A DNA stretch of 64,000 nt from an uncultured Gaiellaceae bacterium (lineage in GTDB: Bacteria > Actinomycetota > Thermoleophilia > Gaiellales > Gaiellaceae): contig CAVVMR010000002.1 in the NCBI GenBank assembly GCA_963749515.1, positions 69,854 to 133,853 on the forward strand. Direction: 5' to 3'. The notes under the pieces were generated by a model. That model saw nothing but the letters and a program-made list of their open reading frames with translations, did no database searches and was not told the origin of the DNA. Below, one piece after another: positions 8,736-17,308 of this stretch (the first letter of the stretch is position 1; each line of letters begins with the position of its first letter). The translations under genes and the position numbers were made by a program.

Positions 8736-9530
8736 TCAGCCCTCCGCCGCGGCGAGCCGCGGCACGGGGTCCTGCTCTCTCTTGATCAGTCGGTACACGT
8801 GTGCGCGCAGGTGGGCGAAGTCGGCGAGCTCCTTCGTCTCGATCTGGTCGCGCGGGTACGGCAGCCCGACCGGGATGATCTCCTTGACCTCCGTCGGGGA
8901 GTGCGTCAGCACGACGATCCGGTCCGAGAGGTAGACCGACTCGTCGATGTCGTGCGTGACGAAGACGATCGTCACGCCGAATTCCTCACGCACGCGCAGC
9001 ACGAGATCCTCGAGGTCGCCGCGGGTCTGGGCGTCGACCGAGGCGAACGGCTCGTCCATCAGCAGGATCGACGGCTGGTAGGCGAGCGCCCGCGCGATGG
9101 CCACGCGCTGCTGCATCCCGCCCGAGAGCTGCCACGGAAAGTGGTCGCCGAACCCGTCGAGCCCGACGGCCGTGAGCGCCTCCTCCACGAGCCGCGACCG
9201 CTCCGAGCGCTCGAGCTTCTTGTGCCGGAGCGGCAGGAGGACGTTGTTGCGGACCGAGGTCCAGGGCATCAGCGAGCGCCCGTACTCCTGGAACACGAGC
9301 GCCATCTCCTCCGGCGGGCCGGTCACGCGGCGGCCGCGCAACAGCACCTCGCCCTCGGTCGGCCGCAGCAGGCCGGCGATGACCTTCAGCAGCGTCGTCT
9401 TCCCGCACCCGGACGGCCCTACGACGCAGACGAACTCCCGGTCTGCCACCGCGAACGACACGTTCCCGATCGCGCGGGTCGCCTTCTCGCCGCTTCCGTA
9501 GGTCTTGCTCAGGGACTTGATCTCCAGCAT
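8736..9530 (-). CDS. ABC transporter ATP-binding protein (NitT/TauT family)
   Basis: In-frame part of ORF 8736..10343 from ATG 9530 (MLEIKSLSKTYG...). Walker A GPSGCGKTT, signature LSGGMQQR, Walker B LLMDEP. Confidence 0.9.
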   Translation of the reverse strand: MLEIKSLSKTYGSGEKATRAIGNVSFAVADREFVCVVGPSGCGKTTLLKVIAGLLRPTEGEVLLRGRRVTGPPEEMALVFQEYGRSLMPWTSVRNNVLLPLRHKKLERSERSRLVEEALTAVGLDGFGDHFPWQLSGGMQQRVAIARALAYQPSILLMDEPFASVDAQTRGDLEDLVLRVREEFGVTIVFVTHDIDESVYLSDRIVVLTHSPTEVKEIIPVGLPYPRDQIETKELADFAHLRAHVYRLIKREQDPVPRLAAAEG

Positions 9531-9550
9531 GCGGGAACCGGGCTCCTTCG

Positions 9551-10336
9551 TCAGAGGGGAGTCGACGCGCGCCAGCCGCGATGCCAGGCAAGCGCCCGTC
9601 GCTCGGCGAGCAGGAAGAGGACGTTGAGCAGGTAGCCGAGGAGACCGATCAGCACGATCGCAGCCCACATGGGCGCGAGCTCGAAGGTGTTCTTCGAGAT
9701 CAGGAGGACGTAGCCGACGCCGTTCGTGCTCGAGAAGTACTCCGCGAGCACCATCATGATCACGGCCAGCGAGAGGCTCGTCCGCATCCCGGCCACGATC
9801 TGCGGCAGCGCACCGGGCAGCACGATCCGCCGCACCCGTTCGAGCGGCGGGATGCGGTACGAGCGCGCCGTGTCGACGAGCGTCGGGTCGATGCCACGCA
9901 CACCCTCGATCGTGTTCAGGAGCACCGGGAACATGCAGAAGAAGGCGATGAACGCGACCTTCTGCTTGTTGCCGATGTCGTTCAGCAGCACGATCGAGAT
10001 CGGGAGCAGCGCCGGCGGGGGCATCGCACGCCAGTACTCGATGTGCGGCATCGCCAGCTTGCGCGTCCAGGTCGAGAGCCCGATCGGAATCCCGATCGCG
10101 ACGCCGACGAGGACGGCGATCCCGAACCCGAGCCCGATCCGGACGAGGCTCGGCACGACGTGAGTCGTGAACTGCGAGAAGAGCCACATCTCCTGGAACT
10201 CGACCAGGATCGTCGACAGCCTCGGGAAGTGCGCGCTCCCCGCCTGCACCGTCCACAGCTGCCAGATGGCGAGGATCGCCAGCGGCACGAGCACCTCGGC
10301 GCCGATCGCAACCGTGGTGTAGAGCCGCCGGCTCAC
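9551..10336 (-). CDS. ABC transporter permease (NitT/TauT family)
   Basis: ORF 9551..10336. Multi-TM protein with an EAA-type loop TARSYRIPPLERVRRIVLPGALP. Confidence 0.88.
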   Translation of the reverse strand: MSRRLYTTVAIGAEVLVPLAILAIWQLWTVQAGSAHFPRLSTILVEFQEMWLFSQFTTHVVPSLVRIGLGFGIAVLVGVAIGIPIGLSTWTRKLAMPHIEYWRAMPPPALLPISIVLLNDIGNKQKVAFIAFFCMFPVLLNTIEGVRGIDPTLVDTARSYRIPPLERVRRIVLPGALPQIVAGMRTSLSLAVIMMVLAEYFSSTNGVGYVLLISKNTFELAPMWAAIVLIGLLGYLLNVLFLLAERRALAWHRGWRASTPL

Positions 10337-11175
10337 GTGGCACCTCGTTGCGACGGATGCCAGTGCAGGACCCTGCGCTCGAGCGCCGCCATCAGAAAGT
10401 GCACGGCGAGACCGAGGAACCCGGTGGCGATCGCGAGTGCATACAGCTGGTCGTTCAGGCCGTACGACTGCGCGTAGTTCATCGCCTGGCCCAGACCGGG
10501 CGTCCCCATGAAGAGCTCGGCGGTGAAGGCGAGGATGAGCGAGACGGTCGACGAGATCCGCAGGCCGGTCGCGATGTACGGCATCGCGCTCGGAAGCGTG
10601 ATGCGGTAGAGGCGCTCGAGCCTCCCGACTCCGAAGGACCGCGCGGTGTCGGTCGCTACCGGGTCGACGTCCCTGACGCCGTAGATCGTCTGCACGAGCA
10701 GCGGCCAGAACGCGCCGAACGCCGCGAGGAAGACCTCGCTCTTCAACGAGGGACCGAGGGTGAGGAAGAGGAGCGGGATCAACACCGCCGACGGGATCGG
10801 CCGCAGGAACTCGATCGGCACCCGAAACGCGCGGCCGGCGAGCTCGCTCGCACCGAGCAGGATCCCCAACGGAACGGCGAGCACGGTCGCAATCACGATG
10901 CCGAGAGCCCAGCCGCGCACCGTGTAGGCGAAGTTCTTCCAGAACTCTCCGGTCTGCATCAGCGACCAGAGCTCCTGCATCGTCGTGGTCATCGCCGGCA
11001 GGTCGTTCTGCGAGACGAGCCCGCCGCGCGTGACCACCTCCCAGAGCGCGAGCGCCGCGGCCACGGACGCGAGCGGGAGCAGGAAGTCGACGGCCGCCGA
11101 GGGACCGGCGATGCGGGGCGGCACGTCCCGTTCAGGGATCACCGAGCCGCGCGCGACCTCCCCTCGGACGACCAT
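10333..11175 (-). CDS. ABC transporter permease (NitT/TauT family), second subunit
   Basis: 3' part of ORF 10333..11868. Start at ATG 11175 (MVVRGEV...) or 11199, uncertain. EAA-type loop TARSFGVGRLERLYRITLPSAMP. 4-nt overlap with the downstream permease gene. Confidence 0.8.
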   Translation of the reverse strand: MVVRGEVARGSVIPERDVPPRIAGPSAAVDFLLPLASVAAALALWEVVTRGGLVSQNDLPAMTTTMQELWSLMQTGEFWKNFAYTVRGWALGIVIATVLAVPLGILLGASELAGRAFRVPIEFLRPIPSAVLIPLLFLTLGPSLKSEVFLAAFGAFWPLLVQTIYGVRDVDPVATDTARSFGVGRLERLYRITLPSAMPYIATGLRISSTVSLILAFTAELFMGTPGLGQAMNYAQSYGLNDQLYALAIATGFLGLAVHFLMAALERRVLHWHPSQRGAT

Positions 11176-11197
11176 TCCGTGTTGTATATCGCACCCC

Positions 11198-12442
11198 ATG
11201 TCGAATATCCACGACGCTGTTCCAGTAGTCGGGACAGAGCAGGAAGGCCGCCCGTCGACAACGGGAGAGGGGCGCGTCAGCCCAGGGATCCTGTTCTTCG
11301 TCGCGGTCGTCCTGCTGGGCGTCAACCTGCGCTCGGTCTTCTCGAGCCTCCCCCCGCTCCTCGAGGGTGTGCGTGCCGAGCTCGGGCTCTCCGCGGCAGC
11401 GGCAGGTCTCCTCACGACCTTGCCGCTTCTCTGCTTCGGCGTCCTCGCTCCCCTCTCGCCGGTACTCGTGCGCCGGGTCCCGATCGAGCGGCTGCTGGCG
11501 GCGTGCGCGGTACTCACGGCGGTCGGGGCCGGGCTTCGCGGCGTCGGCGGCGTGGCGGGGCTGTTCGCCGGGATGCTCGTCGCGGGCTCGGCCGTGGCGA
11601 TTGCCCAGACGGCCGTGCCGACGCTGATCCGGGCACGCTTTCCCGGCCACAGCGGCGGCCTGACAGGCGCCTTCTCGATGTCGCTGACGCTGGGCGCGGC
11701 CGCAGCCGCGGGAACGGCGGTACCGCTCGAGCGACTCTTCGACGACAGCTGGCGCGCCGCCCTTGCTCTGTTCGCCTTGCCGGCGGTCGGAGCGGCCGTG
11801 CTCTGGCTGCCGCCGGCGAGGCGGGAGCGAACCATCGTCCGCCATGCGACGTCGTTCGGCTTCCGCAACCTCGCCCGCTCGTGGTCGCTCGCTGCGTACT
11901 TCGGCCTCCAGTCGATGGCGTTCTACTGCGGCCTCACCTGGCTGCCGTCGATCCTCCAGGACGACGGGTACTCGGAAGCAACAGCCGGATCTCTGCAGGC
12001 ACTCGGCAACCTGTTCCAGGTCGCGCCGGCGCTGATCGTTCCCGTGGTCGCGAGCCGGCTCCGCAACCAACGGCCGGTGCTGCTGGCGCTCGTCACGCTC
12101 GCGGCCGCGGGATTCCTGGGCCTCCTGCTCGCGCCGGGAGCGGCGGCACTCTGGATGATGCTGATCGGAGTCGGCCAGGGTGGCTCGCTTGGCCTCGCGT
12201 TGATCATCCCCGTTCTCCGTGGCGCGGGCGCCGCCGCAGTGGCCGCTTTGACCGCGCTCTCGCTCTCCGCCGGCTATCTGCTGGCGTCGGTCGGGCCGAC
12301 CCTGCTCGGTCTCTCGCGCGACCTGAGCGGCGACTGGACGGTTCCGCTCGTCCTGATGATCGCCCTCACGCTCGTGGAGCTCGTGCCCGGGTGGAAGGCG
12401 ACCGCCAGCTGGACGATCGGCGACGAGGATCTCGAGCCATGA
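11198..12442 (+). CDS. MFS transporter (CynX/NimT-like)
   Basis: In-frame part of ORF 10985..12442 from ATG 11198 (start uncertain). About 12 hydrophobic segments (ILFFVAVVLLGVNL..., LLTTLPLLCFGVLAPL...). Heads the pcaBDCF-pobA operon. Confidence 0.75.
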   Translation: MSNIHDAVPVVGTEQEGRPSTTGEGRVSPGILFFVAVVLLGVNLRSVFSSLPPLLEGVRAELGLSAAAAGLLTTLPLLCFGVLAPLSPVLVRRVPIERLLAACAVLTAVGAGLRGVGGVAGLFAGMLVAGSAVAIAQTAVPTLIRARFPGHSGGLTGAFSMSLTLGAAAAAGTAVPLERLFDDSWRAALALFALPAVGAAVLWLPPARRERTIVRHATSFGFRNLARSWSLAAYFGLQSMAFYCGLTWLPSILQDDGYSEATAGSLQALGNLFQVAPALIVPVVASRLRNQRPVLLALVTLAAAGFLGLLLAPGAAALWMMLIGVGQGGSLGLALIIPVLRGAGAAAVAALTALSLSAGYLLASVGPTLLGLSRDLSGDWTVPLVLMIALTLVELVPGWKATASWTIGDEDLEP

Positions 12443-12455
12443 CAGGGGTCGAGCC

Positions 12456-13808
12456 GTGAACCACTACGATCGCGGCATGTCGGCGTTCGACGGCCTCTTC
12501 GTCCCCGCCGAGCTCCGGGCCTCCGTCTCACCGCGGGCGTGGCTCGAGGCAATGCTCGAGGCAGAGCGCGCGCTCGTGAACGCCGGCGCGTCCGCCGGCA
12601 CCGTCCCCGCGCAGGTCGCGGCGGAGATCGCCGAGGCCTGCGACGCCGGCCGCTTCGACTTCGAGCAGCTGGTGGACGAAGGTCGCGCGGTCGGCAACCC
12701 GGCGGAGCCTCTGGTTCGCGCTCTGGCCGCTTCCGTCGGCGGCGAGTCGGCGCGCTACGTGCATCGCGGTGCAACGAGCCAGGACATCGTCGACACGGCG
12801 GCGATGCTCGTGTCCCGGCGGGCGCTCGTCCTCGTGCTCGCGGAGGCGGACGACGTGGCCGCGGCCGCCGCGGCGCTCGCGGACGAACATCGCGAGACGC
12901 TGATGGTCGCCAGGACGCTCCTCCAGCACGCAGTACCGACGACCTTCGGCGTCAAGGCTGCCGGCTGGCTCACGGCGATCGTCCAGGCCCGCGCTCGCCT
13001 CGAGCAGGTGTCGCGAGAGCGGCTGGCGGCGCAGCTCGGAGGCGCGGCCGGGACGCTGGCCGGGTTCGGTGAGGAGGGCATCGCCGTCGCCGACCTCTAC
13101 GCGAGCGAGCTCGGCCTGCCCGCCCCGGCACTTCCGTGGCACACGGACCGAACCCGCATCGCGGAGCTCGGCGCCGCGCTTGCGATCACCGCCGGCGTCG
13201 CGGCGAAGATCGCACTCGACCTCGTGCTGCTCGGGCAGACGGAGGTCTCGGAGGTGGCCGAGGGCCTGGGCGCGGGACGGTCCTCGACGATGCCGCAGAA
13301 GCGCAACCCCGTCGGCTCGACGCTCGCACGCGCGAACGCCCGGCTGGCCGCGGCTCACGCCACCGTCCTCGTCGGTTCGCTCGAACAGGAGCACGAGCGC
13401 GCGGCAGGCGCCTGGCAGGCCGAGTGGGGCGCTCTCTCGGGTGCGCTCGCCCACACCGGCGGTGCGCTGCACGCACTCGCCGGCGCGCTCGAGTCGCTCG
13501 AAGTCGACGCCGGCCGCATGCGGCAGAACCTCGATCTGACCGGCGGGCGCGTGCTGGCCGAGCGGGTCGCCTTCCTCCTGATGGACCGGCTGGGCCGAGC
13601 GGAGGCGCAGGAGATCGTGCGCGATGCCGCCGCGTCCGGAGCGAGCTTCCGGGATGCGCTCCTCGGCGATCCGCGAGCCGGCCTCGAGCCTGCGGCGCTC
13701 GATGCCGCGCTCGACCCGTCCACCTACCTCGGGTCGTCGGTAGCGCTCGTCGACCGTGCGCTTGCGTTCTACGAGACGTCGCGGCAGCAAGACGAGGTCG
13801 ATGCGTGA
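12456..13808 (+). CDS. pcaB: 3-carboxy-cis,cis-muconate cycloisomerase
   Basis: ORF 12456..13808 (alternative start ATG 12477). Fumarate-lyase superfamily signature GSSTMPQKRNP, plus HRGATSQDIVDTA. Confidence 0.9.
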   Translation: MNHYDRGMSAFDGLFVPAELRASVSPRAWLEAMLEAERALVNAGASAGTVPAQVAAEIAEACDAGRFDFEQLVDEGRAVGNPAEPLVRALAASVGGESARYVHRGATSQDIVDTAAMLVSRRALVLVLAEADDVAAAAAALADEHRETLMVARTLLQHAVPTTFGVKAAGWLTAIVQARARLEQVSRERLAAQLGGAAGTLAGFGEEGIAVADLYASELGLPAPALPWHTDRTRIAELGAALAITAGVAAKIALDLVLLGQTEVSEVAEGLGAGRSSTMPQKRNPVGSTLARANARLAAAHATVLVGSLEQEHERAAGAWQAEWGALSGALAHTGGALHALAGALESLEVDAGRMRQNLDLTGGRVLAERVAFLLMDRLGRAEAQEIVRDAAASGASFRDALLGDPRAGLEPAALDAALDPSTYLGSSVALVDRALAFYETSRQQDEVDA

Positions 13809-14560
13809 CGCTCCACTACCGGCTCGACGGGCCGCAGGGGGCTGCGCCGCTGATGCTGTGCAACTCGCTCGGCACGACGCTCGAGATGTGGGATCCGCAG
13901 GTGGCTGCGCTGACGACGCGGTTCCGGCTCGTCCGCTACGACCGGCGCGGGCACGGCCGTTCGCCCGTGCCCCCCGGCCCGTACTCGATCGAGGACCTGG
14001 GAGGCGACGTGCTCGAGTTGCTCGACGAGCTCGGGATCGAGCGCGCTTCGTTTTGCGGCCTCTCGATCGGTGGGATGGTCGGCATGTGGGTGGCATCCGA
14101 AGCGCCCGACCGGATCGACCGGCTCGTCCTGTGTTCCACAGCGCCCAGCCTGCCACCTGGCGAGCAGTGGCTGGAGCGCGCGGCGACGGTCCGGGAACAG
14201 GGGGTCGCGGCAATCGCTGACGCCGCCGTCGACCGCTGGTTCACGCCCGACGCCCCCGACCCGCTGCGGGAGTCGTTCCGCGCGATGCTCGTCGGGACGC
14301 CCGCCGAGGGATATGCGGGGTGCTGCGAGGCGCTGGCCGATCTCGACCTGGGCGACCGGCTCGCAGCGATCGAGGCTCCGACCCTGGTCGTCACCGGCGA
14401 GGGAGACCCGGTCGCGCCGCCCGAATCCGGCGAACGGCTCGCGGCGTCCATCGGTGCGCGCCACGTGACCGTGGCCGGCGCCCGTCACATCTCCAACGCC
14501 GAGCAGCCGTCCGCGTTCACCCAGCACGTGCTCGCCCACCTGACCGAGGAGAGCCCATGA
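13805..14560 (+). CDS. pcaD: 3-oxoadipate enol-lactonase (alpha/beta hydrolase)
   Basis: In-frame part of ORF 13136..14560 from GTG 13805 (GTGA overlap). [32 protein letters not shown]..., nucleophile elbow GLSIGG, C-terminal [10 protein letters not shown]. Confidence 0.85.
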   Translation: MTLHYRLDGPQGAAPLMLCNSLGTTLEMWDPQVAALTTRFRLVRYDRRGHGRSPVPPGPYSIEDLGGDVLELLDELGIERASFCGLSIGGMVGMWVASEAPDRIDRLVLCSTAPSLPPGEQWLERAATVREQGVAAIADAAVDRWFTPDAPDPLRESFRAMLVGTPAEGYAGCCEALADLDLGDRLAAIEAPTLVVTGEGDPVAPPESGERLAASIGARHVTVAGARHISNAEQPSAFTQHVLAHLTEESP

Positions 14561-14934
14561 GCGACAACCACGAGCGAGGGATGGAAATCCGGCGCGCGGT
14601 GCTCGGCGACGAGCACGTCGACCGGGCGATCGCGCGCGCGACCGACCTCACCGCCGACTTCCAGGATCTGATCACGCGCTACGCGTGGGGGGAGATCTGG
14701 GCCCGGCCGGGACTCGATCGCCGGATCCGCAGCTGCATCACCCTCACCGCGCTGGTTGCCGGAGGGCACGAGCAGGAGCTCGCGCTGCACATCCGCGGCG
14801 CGCTGCGGAACGGCCTCACGCCCGACGAGATCAAGGAGGTCCTACTCCAGACCGCGATCTACTGCGGCGTCCCCGCGGCGAACTCCGCCTTCGCGGTCGC
14901 CCAGGAGGTCCTGGCCGAGGAGCCGCCGGCGTGA
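14557..14934 (+). CDS. pcaC: 4-carboxymuconolactone decarboxylase
   Basis: In-frame part of ORF 14320..14934 from ATG 14557 (ATGA overlap). CMD family pattern: [30 protein letters not shown]...[18 protein letters not shown]. Confidence 0.88.
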   Translation: MSDNHERGMEIRRAVLGDEHVDRAIARATDLTADFQDLITRYAWGEIWARPGLDRRIRSCITLTALVAGGHEQELALHIRGALRNGLTPDEIKEVLLQTAIYCGVPAANSAFAVAQEVLAEEPPA

Positions 14935-16094
14935 GCCGCGCGGTCGTGCTCTCGGCGGTGCGGACGCCGGTAGGGCGGTACGGAGGCGGCCTGGCCGAGG
15001 TGCGTCCGGACGACCTCGCGGCGGTCGCGGTGGCGGCGGCAGTGGAGCGGGCGGGCGTCGATCCCGCGGAGATCGAGGACGTCTATCTGGGTTGCGCGAA
15101 CCAGGCGGGCGAGGACAACCGCAATGTCGCCCGCATGGCGGCGCTGCTGGCGGGGCTGCCCGAATCGGTTGCCGGCGTGACGCTGAACCGGCTCTGCGCC
15201 TCGGGGCTCTCGGCGGTCGTCGGCGCCTGCCACGCGATCGCCGCGGGCGACGGTGACCTGTTCGTGGCCGGCGGTGTCGAGTCGATGAGCCGCGCGCCGC
15301 TCGTGACTGCGAAGCCGGACGCGGCCTTCCCGCGCGGCGACCGGACGATGTACGACTCGACGCTGGGCTGGCGTTTCCCGAATCCCGCGCTGGAGGCGAC
15401 GTTCCCGCTCGAGTCGATGGGCGAGACGGGCGAGAACGTGGCCGAGCGCTGGAGCGTCTCGCGCGAGGACCAGGACGCATTCGCCCTGCGCTCGCAGCAG
15501 CGCTGGGCGGCTGCCGACTTCTCCGACGAGCTGGTCGCCGCCGGCGGCCTGGAGAAGGACGAGCACCCGAGGCCCGACACGACGACGGAGAAGCTGGCAG
15601 GCCTGAAGCCGGCCTTCCGCAAGGACGGCACCGTCACGGCCGGCAATTCGAGCGGCCTGAACGACGGGGCCGCCGCGCTCGTGATCGCCTCCGAGGAGAA
15701 GGCGCGCTCGCTCGGCATCGAGCCGCTCGGCGCCTTTGTCGCGAGCGCGGTCGCAGGCGTCGACCCGCGCGTCATGGGGATCGGGCCGGTGCCGGCGGTG
15801 CGCAAGCTGCTCGCCCGCGCCGGGATCGACGTCGGGCAGCTCGATCTGGTCGAGCTGAACGAGGCCTTCGCCTCCCAGAGCCTCGCGGTCGTACGCGAGC
15901 TCGGACTCGACGAGGAGAAGGTGAACGTGAACGGCGGCGCGATCGCGATCGGCCACCCGCTCGGCATGAGCGGCGCCCGCCTCGTCGTCACGCTGCTCCA
16001 CGAGCTCCGGCGCCGACAGGGCCGCTACGGCCTGGCGACGCTGTGCGTCGGCGTGGGCCAGGGTCAGGCCGCGCTCTTCGAGCGAGAGGGATGA
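14931..16094 (+). CDS. pcaF: 3-oxoadipyl-CoA thiolase / acetyl-CoA acetyltransferase
   Basis: In-frame part of ORF 14685..16094 from GTG 14931 (GTGA overlap). Thiolase motifs [34 protein letters not shown]. Confidence 0.9.
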   Translation: MSRAVVLSAVRTPVGRYGGGLAEVRPDDLAAVAVAAAVERAGVDPAEIEDVYLGCANQAGEDNRNVARMAALLAGLPESVAGVTLNRLCASGLSAVVGACHAIAAGDGDLFVAGGVESMSRAPLVTAKPDAAFPRGDRTMYDSTLGWRFPNPALEATFPLESMGETGENVAERWSVSREDQDAFALRSQQRWAAADFSDELVAAGGLEKDEHPRPDTTTEKLAGLKPAFRKDGTVTAGNSSGLNDGAAALVIASEEKARSLGIEPLGAFVASAVAGVDPRVMGIGPVPAVRKLLARAGIDVGQLDLVELNEAFASQSLAVVRELGLDEEKVNVNGGAIAIGHPLGMSGARLVVTLLHELRRRQGRYGLATLCVGVGQGQAALFEREG

Positions 16095-17278
16095 GCCCGG
16101 CCGACACCCAGGTCGCCATCGTGGGCGCGGGCCCTGCCGGTCTCGTGCTGGCGCACCTCCTCCACCTGGAAGGAATCGACTCGGTCGTCCTCGAGGCCCG
16201 CAGCCGCGAGTACGTCGAGAACCGCGTGCGCGCCGGCGTCCTCGAGCACGGGACCGTCGAGCTGCTGACCGAGATGGGCGTTGCGGGCCGGCTGCACGAG
16301 CAGGGGCTGCCCCACCACGGGCTCGAGCTCCAGTTCGAGGGCGCACGGCACCGCATCGACCTGACCGAGCTGACGGGGCGGCACATCACGGTCTACGGGC
16401 AGCAGGAGGTCGTGAAGGATCTGATCGCAGCCCGCGTCGAGACCGGCCGTCCCATCCACTTCGAGGTCGACGAGGTCTCCGTCCACGAGCTCGAATCCGA
16501 GCGCCCCTTCGTCCGCTACACGGATGCGGGCGAGCAGATCGAGCTCAGCTGTGACGTCGTCGCGGGTTGCGACGGCTTCCACGGCGTCTGCCGCGACAGC
16601 ATCCCCGACGGCGTCCTCACCGTCTTGTCGCGCGATTACCCGTTCGGCTGGCTCGGCATCCTCGCCGAGGCGCCGCCCTCGAGCGAAGAGCTGATCTACG
16701 CCTGGCACGACCGCGGCTTCTCGCTGCACAGCATGCGCTCACCGGAGATCACGCGGCTCTATCTCCAGTGCGCACCGGACGAGGACCTCGACGAGTGGCC
16801 GGACGAACGGATCTGGGAAGAGCTTCACCTGCGACTGGGGGTCGACGGCTGGACGCTCAACGAGGGCCCGATCCTCGAGAAGGGCGTCACCGGCATGCGG
16901 AGCTTCGTCGTCGAGCCGATGCAGCACGGCCGGCTGTTCCTCGCGGGCGACGCCGCGCACATCGTTCCGCCGACCGGCGCGAAGGGAATGAACCTCGCGG
17001 TTGCGGACGTCCGCGTCCTGGGCGCGGCGCTCGCGGTGTGGTACGGGAGCGGCGACGAGGCCGCGCTGCAGCGCTACTCGCGCGACGCGCTCCGCCGCGT
17101 GTGGCGAGCCGAGCACTTCTCGTGGTGGATGACGACGATGCTGCACCGGATCCCGGGCGGTGACCGCTTCGACGCCAAGCTCCAGCTCTCCCAGCTCGCG
17201 TACGTGGCGTCGTCCCGGGCTGCGGCGGCCACGCTTGCCGAGAACTACGTCGGGCTCGGCGCCACGTCGACCATGTGA
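16091..17278 (+). CDS. pobA: 4-hydroxybenzoate 3-monooxygenase
   Basis: In-frame part of ORF 16043..17278 from ATG 16091 (ATGA overlap). FAD fingerprint [11 protein letters not shown], plus CDGFHGVCR and [18 protein letters not shown]. Confidence 0.9.
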   Translation: MSPADTQVAIVGAGPAGLVLAHLLHLEGIDSVVLEARSREYVENRVRAGVLEHGTVELLTEMGVAGRLHEQGLPHHGLELQFEGARHRIDLTELTGRHITVYGQQEVVKDLIAARVETGRPIHFEVDEVSVHELESERPFVRYTDAGEQIELSCDVVAGCDGFHGVCRDSIPDGVLTVLSRDYPFGWLGILAEAPPSSEELIYAWHDRGFSLHSMRSPEITRLYLQCAPDEDLDEWPDERIWEELHLRLGVDGWTLNEGPILEKGVTGMRSFVVEPMQHGRLFLAGDAAHIVPPTGAKGMNLAVADVRVLGAALAVWYGSGDEAALQRYSRDALRRVWRAEHFSWWMTTMLHRIPGGDRFDAKLQLSQLAYVASSRAAAATLAENYVGLGATSTM

Positions 17279-17308
17279 ATCCGAGGCTACTCTGGCGAGG
17301 TTCGAGAC

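Noticed and set aside
10348-12459. 703-aa plus-strand ORF, and the long N-terminal extension of minus ORF 10333..11868
   Set aside because: Both overlap the clearly membrane-protein-coding frames (the permease on the minus strand, the MFS gene on the plus strand). Their composition is Arg/Pro/Gly-rich with no motifs. Only the 10333-11175 portion of the minus ORF looks like a permease.
12528-16346. Long minus-strand ORFs 12528..14213 (561 aa) and 14859..16346 (495 aa)
   Set aside because: They lie antisense to pcaB/pcaD and pcaF/pobA, which carry unambiguous family signatures. The antisense products are Arg/Pro-rich without motifs.
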